Position numbers and translations under genes: made by a program. The notes beneath the pieces are model-generated. The model had not been told where the DNA came from. It worked only from the letters and a program-made list of their open reading frames with translations, and made no database searches. From contig OZ365113.1 in the NCBI GenBank assembly GCA_977030845.1, positions 20,336,001 through 20,400,000 of the forward strand: a stretch of DNA of 64,000 bases. Reading direction: 5' to 3'. Position 1 is the stretch's first letter; every line of letters begins with the position of its first letter. This stretch comes from Fimbriosthenelais zetlandica. Taxonomy: Eukaryota. Below are positions 51,701 through 63,560 of the stretch, piece after piece.

Positions 51701-54700
51701 AAGAATAGAGACCACTCATTGGCCGGCCTCCCAGAAGTGAGTAACCACCGCGCCACCACCGTACACCACTCACACCTGATGGATTACCTGGATGGAGTGA
51801 TGCTTACTACAGCTAGTACACATCTCCAGGTGGCCTCACTTCAAATCAGTGGGTGAGTACCTGCCGGTGGCCCCATGTGTAGGAGGAGTACCCCTCAGTG
51901 GAAGATAGTATCCACCAATAGTAAATCTTTGATTGTTCAAAAAAAGCCTCTCACACCTCTTGTTTTTTTTCTGTTTTCCCAATGGGCCAAGTGGTTATAC
52001 AAGGCCAAGAAGATCCTTAATGTGCTGGCACAGTATTTCTTATTGCGTAGGCCAGAGTTGGCAAATGGGAGTTTATGCACGAATGCGATTCATGAAATTG
52101 CATAATTCCCATAATTATAATGGATGGGTGTTATGCAGTGCAGAAGATGCTATACCCCTAAAATATTTTCCAAAAATAGTTGCTCGAGCTCAAGCAATAC
52201 TCAATGGATGTGTATGTCCTGTTTCGGGGAACAGTTGAAATGAGTGAGGGAAATGATTTATGTCTCCGATCAAGGCATTTGGTGCACTCCCCATCTTCTG
52301 CAGCCATGGGTTAAAAACTGGTGTTATTTTTGTACCACAACAATCCATCTCTCACATGTAGCACGAGGTGGATTTTTGTGAGGTATTTTTTTCTCTCTCC
52401 CAGGGATGAGTCAAGGCAGTCAGTGCCTTGCCTTTTTGCGACGAGATGTAACACGTGCACCTGGCCTGGGCAAGTGAAGGTGGCTATTTAGGGTTGGCTT
52501 TTTCAGCAGAGATTTTTCACCCAGGGGCCACCTTTTTGCTTTATTTATACGTCAGTTGGAATGGCATTTCCTGGAGTGAGATAAACCCTGTGGTAAGGTA
52601 CTGACCACCATGATGGGTGAATTGAGCAAGAGGGGCGTACATGTATTAGTGGTTTGTTGCAAGGGGAATTGACGTTTGTATTTGGATAAAGGAAAAGTTC
52701 TCTGGAGAAGAAACAATTGGTATCCAGGTCTTATACTTGAAAGGATGGGAACAGGTGCCTTCGGCAGTAAAATAATCAGTGTGGTTCATGGAACATCCAG
52801 ATAAAACATAGCTTTAGGTGACTGGTAAATCTGGTAGAGATCAGCAAATGCTACAACTGTTACACCTAGCTCTTATAAACTGGGAAAGCAAAGAAACACT
52901 GGTGCCCGTGGGAATGGGAAATGGATTAGGTTAACTGAAATTTTCAGCTGCAAGATTTTGTCTCTCAAATTCCCACTGTAAAATAGGAAGACATAAGGAA
53001 GATATAGATCATCTTTGTGTTCATGTATCAACAGTAGAAAGCTTCTGGCTTTTGCCTCTTTGTCACTTTTTACTGTAGACAGGACATCATCTTTCATTCC
53101 TAGTTTTTTGGCAGAAGAATGAGTACATACATTGTAGAATATATGAGGATGCCTATGAGAATGCCAGAAAAACAAAGGTATGTATCCGAGAAGTGTGGAA
53201 TAAGTCTAGCGAAGCTTATCTCGAGGAGTGCCAACCTGTTCTTCAGTGTTACATACAAACAGTGAAGCTGAAGGCAGGTCGTGGGGCATAATGGTTGGGA
53301 CATTTAGGGCAGGAGCTTATCTAAAGTTTAAACCACTCCGGGATCCAGAGGGAGGATAGGCCAAGCAAGTGAAACTAAATTGCTGGTTGTATTAACAATT
53401 TATCTGCTCCTGTCAATGGAAAAATAATTAGTAATAGGCAGTCCAATTTTCTGCTTTACACAGATTCTTGGTGTGATTTTGAACGCGCTTTATTCTTTCA
53501 TTTGTAATATCATTGGAGTATAAAATCCACATAACATATTGATCCATTCTGACATCGTCTAGAGATATAGCTATGCATGATTGGGAAGCTTCACAGATGA
53601 TCATTTAGGTGAAACAGAAGTTCCACTCGTCTTAGCCTGAGAATACTTTATCTGAGAGCAGCTCGAGGCCTCTGATTCATGGTGTGAGCTACTCCCTCTT
53701 GCCACAAGGGGGCGAGTTAAACCACATGTTGCCATGAAGGACCACTAACTGTGGCGAGCCTCTAGTGGTTGCATTATTTCTAATATTTAGAATGAACCAC
53801 TGCGACATTTCGAAAACACTTGCACGTGGCTGCTGTAGGGGCCTACACATACATGGGAGTCATAATCCCTTTTTGTGTATGGCATAGAAAACAATACAAA
53901 AGATTTCAAATTTCCGAAAGATATCGGAAATTAGCTGAAAATACCTGCCATGAAATCAGTATGGGTCTACCAACAACGAGAGTAAAATTTTACCCTCGTT
54001 GCTACCACTAAGAGCTTCGTCGCCAATAGGCTTTGTCAAGGAGAGAGGCGCCACGCATTTAGCCTTGCGGGCATGTCGCTGGTGCCAGATCACCCTTCCT
54101 AATGACCCCCGGCGGCAGTTTCTTCATTTTAACCCCCATTTAAACGTTTCTTTCCGGGTTACTGTACGACCAAACTATAAAACCTTGGTTCCTGGCTATC
54201 TTTAAGGGTCACCTCTGGCAGGAGGGAGAAGCCACTTCCGAAAACAATAAAAAAAAAGAAGCTTCGTTTTATCAATTTTATCACTGCCAAAACCTTTACT
54301 CACAGTTAGATTGCGACAAAGTAAGAGAAGGTTTGGCAACCACTGCAGCAACGAATTCTTACAACCCACCAAGTGAAGTAGAATTCATCTAAGTTACCAT
54401 GATAGATCATGACTCTAAATGCCCTACAGTTGTAAGGATCCTCTTCCCGTCCCAATCAGTAAAATGATGAATGGACATAAAAACCCCTTGCAATGATAAC
54501 GATATGTCGGATGTGGCGATAAGCCTTGAAATGGTTGCGCTGGTAAGGGGGGCTAATTCAGTGTGACAGATGGCAGGAGGAGTGGATTAACGATGCTTTA
54601 TTGCCCCCTGCGGTACCCTGTGACCGCACGGTGGCTTTGATACGGTCACGCTGCCTGGAGCGTGACTCGATTCTACCGTCATTTGGTCAGCGACATCGGT

Positions 54701-57700
54701 CAACCGATCGTCGCGCACGTGTAGTTCATAAAGCCATATCGGCACTTTAGTCTTGGAGTCACTATACTTAGAGCCCATAAGGATTCCAATGGATAGTTAA
54801 AGACAAGCGTGGAGCCCTACATATTCAGGAAAGATATCAGTCTCACTTAAGTTACATTTCCCTTTATATCACATTCGATAGGCCTATACCTTATTCCCCA
54901 ACTCCATATTTTTGGAAGGATATCATTTTCACAAGAATTTCACTATTAAAATTTCTTGGAGAGTGATGATTGAGGGTCTCGTTGGTAGGGAGTGACTAAA
55001 TAGACTCCAGATTCGTAAGTTTATCAAAGACAGCTTTCCTGCTCCAGTCTCGAGACACAACCACTCCGCCACCACCCACCCACCCAGTCACCCAGTCACC
55101 CAGTCACCCACCTCAAATACACACCCATCACCCACACCACATGACAACCCTCAAACCACTAAAGTTTACAATCAAAACCACACCCCTCCCTCCGTCTCCC
55201 CTCACTCCACCCGACCCATCACCACCCCTCGACCCCACATCCAGCAACCTCCAGGTTTCTTTGTTCGCTGGATAAAATCCCAGCCAAAATCCACAACCTG
55301 AGTTAGCTGGCCTTGAGTAAGCAGGATCCACTGCCTTTGTCCAGTTGGTGTACACATGGCTTTTATCCACACTGCCACATTGCTATCATTCAACAACAGC
55401 CTTTTTCCCTACAGGCAAATATCCACCAGGGCATTACAGTACTTTCAACCAGTCGTTCATTTACGTAAAATAAAAGTCATTTGAGTAAAATAAAAAGGCT
55501 TACAAATATAGCAAATTGAGATCACATTGAGATTAAATCTAACCAGAAAGATTAAAATAGGCCCAAAAAGTAGCCCCATCATCTCCCATAAAATAATAGG
55601 AGCCACTGACCAGTGGAGTATCTGACCAGTGGTCAGTAGGTGTCCAGTACCTGGACGCCCGAGGCTACAGCTGTTTATCTTGTACGTTCCTCAAGTGTAA
55701 AACCACTATGATGGTTGACAGTGGTGGCCACGTGTGAACCAGGCTCAGGTCAGTTTATATGACTTCTTCCCCCTCCTCCCCGGGGGTCAGGGTCAGCTTG
55801 TGTTTTCATGAATTCTAGGGGGTCAATATTTTAGCATGCAGAACATGACCAGAAATCCATCGGACTTAGCCAAACTTAGCCAAAAGCTGAACAGGATAGG
55901 GCCACTTGCCAGAGCAACGACCAAGAACTGCTAAATTCAAATTCAAATGCATCCTGCGAGGTTACTGCACTTTAGGGAAGTAGGGTAACTGTACAACCAG
56001 GAAAAAAACTTTTCCAGGGTTTTTTACTTCAGACTTCTACATTGATTGACGGCTCACAAACGTATATCTCCCCACCTACTGCGACTATGACAGTCTCCCC
56101 TCCCACTCCTCACGTTCTCTATTTGAGTCACTCGCCGCACAGTGGCAAGCGCGTGCCCTCTGGGGTCACGTGACTGTCGCGCGACCCCTGGTGGCCGTCG
56201 TCATGACAACACGTGCTGCTAGCCTCGGTCTGAAGTGTCCCAGATGGGGAACTGACACGTGATAGTGAGAGGCCTGCTGCACTAACTGGGTAGGGCTAAG
56301 TTTCATTCCCAGCAAAATGATGTGACATTTTGGGATAATCTGGTAATTACTGTTTATGAATCGCAGGGTGCTCTTGGATACACTACATATGAGTGAATAT
56401 CTTTATGGAAAGAAGGCATATTTATGGCTTTAAATTATATATCCCTATAACTCTGACTGGTCATTAGTGAGACGGACAAGACTTTCTGTTATCTACCCCT
56501 CCAGGGCGGAAGATGCCACCAGGGAGGACGCATCAGCAGCGTCTCCCTGCGCCTCCATGCATGTCTTTGTCTTCTCAGGTTACCAGGCAACAACTTCGTC
56601 TCCCTGACAACCACTGGCGTCCCCACCACCCCACCCCCTACCGGTGGGCAAACATAATAATCACCTAGCAAAAACAATGACCTCCCAACCCTAACCTAGA
56701 GAATCCATCATCGTTAATGGACCTCTGCTTTTTGGAATTATTTTCTCCATCTTTTTAGGATGAGGTAGCTTATGGAATCAAGATCTGGCTTCCAGAAATG
56801 GAAGCTTATCAGAACCATGTGTCCTTTCCATTTCCTTCCGGTTATGGAAGATGTCTTGGCCACTTTAGCCAATATTACATCAGCTATTTCATCACATTTC
56901 ATCTTTGGCTGTTTTCAAAGCAAATCAGCGACAATTTCTTCTAGGACCCCTCAAAGGAGTTTTCTCAAAATGCCTCATGAGAGTTTATTCTTAATTTATT
57001 TATTTATTTAAGGATAGCAATCAGAAACCAAAGCCAGTCTGAAATTTGCCATGAAAATGGCACCATCAAGGCTGGAACATAGCACTAATTAGAGACGCCT
57101 GGGTTTATATTGAAAGCCAGCGTGAGTGAAGGGGTATATTGTTATTCACAGCTACTGTTTACACCTTCTCTCCTCCAGGCCGTGCTGTGCAGTGGAATGA
57201 ATCATCCCCCTCTTCACATATGCTTCTATAACCCTTGGGATCCAATCAAAACGTCGCCACTGTTTAATATGACCCCTCACTATTGGTCTCTTGAGTCTTT
57301 TTAATGAGACCTTGGAAAATACCAATTCCAGGAAGAGAGACGTTAATCCAGAAATGCAAGCCACCATGCATTCCAATGGTAGAGACAGGTATTTTAATTG
57401 GTGCTTTTTGTCACCTATGAAATTTAATCAGGTGAACATCATTGATCTATATATAGAGCACACATTTATAATAAGTTTGTTTTATCAGGTGTTGCAATGC
57501 AAAACACAAAATTGTACCCGGTACATGGACTGTATGCAGTCAGTCATTCCGGCAAACTGTATATGAGCCGTATATTGCGAGCAATCCCATACAAATATTT
57601 CAGTGCATGAGTCAAAGTCAAAATTAGAGACCTGACTTGGAGACCACTATAGAATGATACCTGCATAAATTTACCTGCCCCATGCAATTCTTATTAAAAA

Positions 57701-57988
57701 TTTCCTCCATAGTGAGGACGAACTTATAAAACAATGAGTTGAAAGAGAAACTTAATTTGATAACTGCATGTAATAATTATTATAGTTGGATATCACATTT
57801 TAACAAAGGTGCACACCTAGGAAATTACTCCATTTGAAGTATTTCATTGATTTGAGATCCAGAAAGAAATTGATGAATATTGTATTAAAATGCAATAATA
57901 ACTCACCTTTGCAATAATCCATGCCTTCTTCCTTGTTGAAGAAATCAGCTTTGTATCTCTTATTTGTAATAAGAAACGACCGCGGCAT
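47881..57988 (-). CDS. scrt: Scratch-family (Snail superfamily) transcriptional repressor, ScratchX/Kahuli type; 2 exons, 311 aa; whole gene span
   Basis: SNAG motif MPRSFLI at 57988. The phase-1 donor G|gtgagt joins acceptor ttttacag|AA in frame. Five C2H2 fingers with Scratch signatures [23 protein letters not shown] and [10 protein letters not shown]. Confidence 0.93.
55070..55112 (+). repeat. (CACCCAGT)n short tandem repeat in Scratch intron
   Basis: cacccagtcacccagtcacccagtcacccacc. Confidence 0.9.
55600..56300. promoter_or_regulatory. Candidate intronic enhancer cluster of Scratch gene
   Basis: Eight GGTCA half-sites 55603-55850; CACGTG at 55729, 56167, 56210, 56256; TGATTGAC near 56043; CTCF-like 56181-56196; locally CpG-rich. 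Confidence 0.5.
57907..57988 (-). CDS. scrt: Scratch exon 1 (SNAG domain; [27 protein letters not shown])
   Basis: 82 nt, 27 codons + 1; SNAG consensus; GT donor at 57906. Confidence 0.9.
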
Positions 57989-60900
57989 CTTGATATTAAC
58001 GAGAGTCTATTGATGAGGCTTTGAAGTGATTGGAACCCAAACTGCGACCGCTGTTTGCAGGAAATACTCCGTTGCTCAAATGTTCACAGATGCATGTGTA
58101 AAGCTTGATGGTAAGTCCAATCCAATGTCCAGTCCAAAACACTTGTATGGCGCGGAAATAAATAGTTCAATAAATAGTCAATAAATAATGATCAATAAAT
58201 AGCTAGTGTTATGATGATTATGATGCTCCTCCGGGCTCTTCCCTATTGCTCCCACCTGGTAGTAGATAGTTGCATAGCTCAGTGTGTCACGAGCCAACGG
58301 TAATGGTTGTGTATGTATACATACAGAGGGGGTGGGGATGGGATGAGATGTGTATATGCGATGATGCTATTGGAGATGTTACCTGGCCTCACTTGGCATG
58401 CCTAACTGAGCTTCTCAGCCACATGCAGCATGTCTTGATTCAGGCCTGTGAGTGAGCCCGTGTGAGTGTGTGTGTATATGTGTGTATGTGATGGACCCCT
58501 CTACTCCTCACCCCTGACTCACTAGCTCACTGCTCCTCCCTATACTCCACCCCTCCCCCCTGACACCCCCACGCGCCAGTTGCTCACTATTGCTCATCCA
58601 GCTTCAACTGCAAATGCTTTATGTATACTCCACGCCAGCTGGGGTCTCAGGAGGCACATCAAAACATTTCCATACTGAGCATATAGAGTTCGGCTCTAAA
58701 CAGGATGTGACACGGGGTATATACGGCTGCTGCTACCGCTCGCTGCCAGTGCCGACCAATTGGATTGAGCCAGGAAATTCTTGGAATGCTCGTGGTTGTA
58801 TGTGTGTGCGAGTGTGAGCTTAGCCACCGGTAGCTCAGACATACATACACGTGGGGAGTTGGGCATCACGCAACAAGTGGCCAGCGCTCTCCTCAAAGCT
58901 CAATACATTATACTCAATGTTTTTCTCATAACTTTTTATGACATTTATGGTACTATTAGGAATCCCATTGATCATATTATCACCTTGGTGATACTTTCTA
59001 GTGGCTTTAATTAGGCTTTTAGAAAGATTATATTATATCAGAATGGGATGGAGGGCGTTCGGTTAAGCAACGACCAAGTCTTCAAAAAGTTCAATTTCGA
59101 TCCAATATATGAAATTGAGCTGTGAGATTAACAAAAGTAGATTTACAAAAGTATGCTTAGGCTTGTGTGTATCTATATTTTTGCTTCTCATACATACATA
59201 GACAATCAAAACTCGTACTGTTGATTGGCTTATGTACTAACAGATTAAATCTGGGGTTTAGTATACACATTACGCGCACGTATGATACGGTATACTTATT
59301 CACCTATACCCTCGTTTTATCACCTAGTATGATTCCATGCAAAGTCTATTAGCAGACAGTCATATTTCTTATTACCCACATTGATAGCAAAACTGAAAAT
59401 AGGAACATATAATTTGTGCAAAAAAACTAGGGTTCCTGTCAGAAAGTCCCGAGCTTCCCTACAAGGAAGCCAATCTCAGCAATCCGGGTTCAACATACTC
59501 TCACCCACTTTGGGTTCACATGAGACTTTCATGGTCCTTACATGGGACCCCTGTCATGTGCCATTATTGAAGGCAAGTTGGAAGAGAGTATACCAGTTAA
59601 ACCCATCCTTCCACACTATTATATCAGTTCCCACGGGCGTCACTGTGAGACTAATCACCAGGGACGCCCAGGTAGAGTTTTTACTCCTTGGGGGCATCAG
59701 GCCTCACACAGGTTTGCGCCCTCCCAGCAATCTCTGAGAAACATGTTTGCATCAATGATTTACTCCAGATTAGTTTCTTGCCCACTGAATTTATACTGAT
59801 TGCCCTCATCAACAGAATGTATTGCTGACAGGCAGTAATAAGGTTTGTAAATTTGCAGATGGTAACTTATGTCAATACCAAAAACTGCATACATACCTGC
59901 CATATGTGCACTGTCAGAGAAATGTTTTCTAATTACAATGAGTATATTACAATCAGGAGAGAAATTAGAACTTCTTCCATATTAAGGAAGAATTCAATCT
60001 GTTTCATTTCCAAAAGAAAATGAACCCCTGAGTGCTGACAGTATATCAAGGTATATCTATAGCACCACATATAAGGAGAGACGATGATATCTGTACACGA
60101 TTCCCACTCTTAGGAAATATGCATGAAGGATGTAAGGCTACATATTTCACCTGTGGGAAAGAAACATATGCCATGCTAAAGGTGCCTTTTTCTTATCAAA
60201 ACTGTGGAATGTGTTTTATCACGGATACGCTTGCTACTCCAGGGTGTCCTTACAGTGACCCACCCTCTCACCTGCTTCCTCCACGGTGGGAAAATACTTT
60301 CCATTGGCAGTAAGAAGATGCTCATAGATTACGACACACTGAGGATTCCATACGGTGATTAATTGGATTCAAGTCTATTGAAAATGAGACATTTCTACCC
60401 CTCAAACTATGAAGTTTAAAAAAAATATAGATCAAATCTTAATATTATGTTAAAATAACTGTCATTTAAATGGCCAATGACAGCTTGTTACTGCGTTGCT
60501 ACTTAATTGACCACCAGGATATTTCAAGAGCGCATTTACAACGCTTTAATATTAGAAAATAAACAATCAATAAGTTGGAAGATACCAACTCAATGAATGA
60601 ATCCATAATTAAAACCGGGACACACGTGTGTATTTTGCATTCTTCAAGCCTTACCGTGGGAAATTTCTTGGGGTTTACATGTATACATATCTATTACATA
60701 CTGCGCTGCCATTTTGTGTTCATTTCTCCTCCTCCCAGTTACATTATGATCAGATTTCCAAGCAAACATCTCTTTTATGGGTCTGCCATAAATCATGGCA
60801 CAAGTGTATCAGTGTTATAACACAGGGTGGGAAAGCACACCTTTCTCCCACCTTCTCCAGGGTTGAAGGGTGGGAAACACCACCTCCTGGCGTCCCCTGC

Positions 60901-62999
60901 CACCTCCAGACCAGAGAAGAGGGATGGGGCCAGGCGAAAGGTGTGCAGCTCTCACACAAGTTCTCACGCTTGAGGCAAAACATAATGCTGTTTCTTATAC
61001 TCAGCATAAGTCAGCAGAAATTGAAGAGTTTATAAGCCTCGTCAATCTCGATCCAGAATTTTTCAGCTGATACATAAATGGTGGTAAATACGATATGAAT
61101 AACCCCCTGAGAGTGTATCCCACCAGAGACATTTTTTATAATATAAATCATATACATAAGCCATATGGCAAGGTATCAAATATAATTACCGCCATGTTAT
61201 GTTTAATAAGATATGTGTATATATTAACAACAAGAGTCATAAAAACCTTTGGCATGCAGAAGCAGCAGTTTGATGGGTAACTTCCATTTTGAAACAACTA
61301 GGACCTCATTGTATACACCTTTCGTCACGTTACATGGATGAACGGCAGTTGATCAGACGTGTACAAGCTCACAAAGTCTGTCAATCATTTCCTTTGGCCT
61401 CATCTTAAGGTAGTTATGGCGAGTCTTCCTCCTCCACTTTTTTCCACATTGCTAGACGCCCCCCAGCCCTCCCCACTAACTCTTATCCACCTCCTGCGTT
61501 TAGCTCGTGATGAATGTGGGTACACAAACCTATCCATTTTTATGTATATGCGTGGGAAAATGTATCAGAAAAGGGGTAACACGATGGGAAAGCTTGTACC
61601 AAGACTCCTGGAATCAGGGTGGCCAATTAGGGTCAAAATCGGATTGCTCGCTTCCGAGGTATGCAATCATTCTTGAGCAAAAATATGCAACCCCAGAAAC
61701 AACTTTTAGGCCATCTTGAGAAGCTGTGATAGCTGTATCTCGTATAGAAAAAAGACATCAAAGTCAAAGATATTGATAGTAGAGGAAAGAGTCACAATTC
61801 ATGTCTAACTCCGATTAATGGATTTGTGGGGTCAAATAGGCATGTAGGAACTCACATTCTAGCAATTTATCACACTCGAAAAAACACTGCCATTTTATGG
61901 AAGGTCTTCGCCACAGGATAAGGAGTAACCCAGCAGATAGCCTCATGAAAAGTACATGTTAACTGCTCAAGGGTCCAACACTTGTGACTTCTTGGGGCAT
62001 ATGTATATCATCTCTGTTATTCCATATGTGTTTCTCCGGCACCTGTCTCACCTGTGCATAGATGCCTATGAGAGTGTTTAGGACCATTGCCTGACCTTTG
62101 TAATTCACTGGGCTATGTTTATGGACTTACCCTGCTGAACTGAGTCTTTCTAAATGCCTCTTGTTTATTGGAAGCCATTCCACGGGGGTGGCATCGTTTG
62201 CACACTCGGCTCTGATGGATTTGAGTCAACAAAATGTTCAGCATGCTTTGGTAATGTTGTGTAGGTGGTTCAATATAAACTTAATGAGTGTTGTGAATCT
62301 TTTGAGAAATAGCTGAAAACATCAATTTCGGCACAGGCCTTTCAAAGAATGTAGTCCTAACGGATTGGACATACAACTGTAATTGCAATTCAATTGCTTT
62401 AAATTGATGGATGAATTGGGAGAATCTCCTTATCTAAAGTCTGTAGTATACTGCAGAATAAACTTGGCTCAAAGATTCCGGTTGATTTGTGAACCCCTGC
62501 CATTAAGACCCTGTAATAAAAGAGGTACTATTTTGTAACAAAAGTGGATTCAGGGGAGGTTAGATTGACAGTGTTTTCTCATGTTGGGCCATTCTTTCAA
62601 GTATTTATAACCTGCTAAGCTTTTGACCTCTGCTAGAGGTTGTGGCATAGTACCAATTCATTACATGCCTTCATTCGACAAGTTAATTAAAATTGTGTGC
62701 TTCTTGAGATGACGCTGAAGTCTGAAGCAATGTATGTCTGTTAAAATTTGGGTGTATATACACCAATTCCCCATCTTTGGAATGGTACTTGTAAGAAGGG
62801 ACTGACTTTTGGTGAGGAAGCCGACATTTTACATTAGATCTAATCAAACTTTAGTCAGTGTTTTGCATATTGCTGTTATGTGACCACCTTAGGTTTTTTT
62901 TATACCCTTCACCTCCCAGCAAAAAAGGCAAAGAGATTGGAGATAGATTTATTATTAGAGTTTGTGGATGTAACTAGGGAAATCACTCTTCCTAGTTAG

Positions 63000-63560
63000 C
63001 TGACAGATGGTCGGCAGACAACTGTCGCAACCCGTCAAATTAGACGTGGCCAACTGGCACAGGGAAACAAGATCCCAATCTCCAAATCGTTCCACGTCCC
63101 ACAAATTTTATTTCCTGGAACGGCAGCCTTTCCCTCCATTCCTCCCAGGACCGGAAAGACATCAGGCCAACCAGATTTGCGAACACACCGGAAGCCGACG
63201 TTCAGGCATGCGCAGTCGCACACTTCCCGGGGTCCATTGCAGGCTGTTTACATGACGTACGAATGGCTCTTGTCTCGTCATACTTGTTTATGTTGACGTT
63301 GTCAGGAAGGTAAACAGCGCTTTAGATTGGTTAGTGTCCGATGTCGAGGTGTTCGCTTTCCAGGCCCTTGGTTTCAGCGGCTGCACATCTAAGACTAAGC
63401 TCAAGTGGAGCACGTTCATGAGGTAACAGTGTGAGTGGATCAGAGTGGCCTCGGTGGTGTCGCAATCAGACAGACGTAATGGCACGACGTGGCTTCTCCA
63501 GTTGCCAGCATGTGGCAAATGAGTGTGCCGGACTGCTTGGGGTCGGGATAGAGATGAGAT
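63000..63560. promoter_or_regulatory. CpG-rich regulatory-like patch ~5 kb upstream of Scratch start
   Basis: CCGGAAG 63188-63194, GCATGCGCA 63206-63214, Fox-type TGTTTAC 63245-63251 and GTAAACA 63310-63316. Confidence 0.4.

Noticed and set aside
51700-51760. Minus-strand GGTGGCGCGGTGGTTA resembling a tRNA/SINE A-box
   Set aside because: No convincing B-box or cloverleaf; cannot be called a tRNA or SINE.
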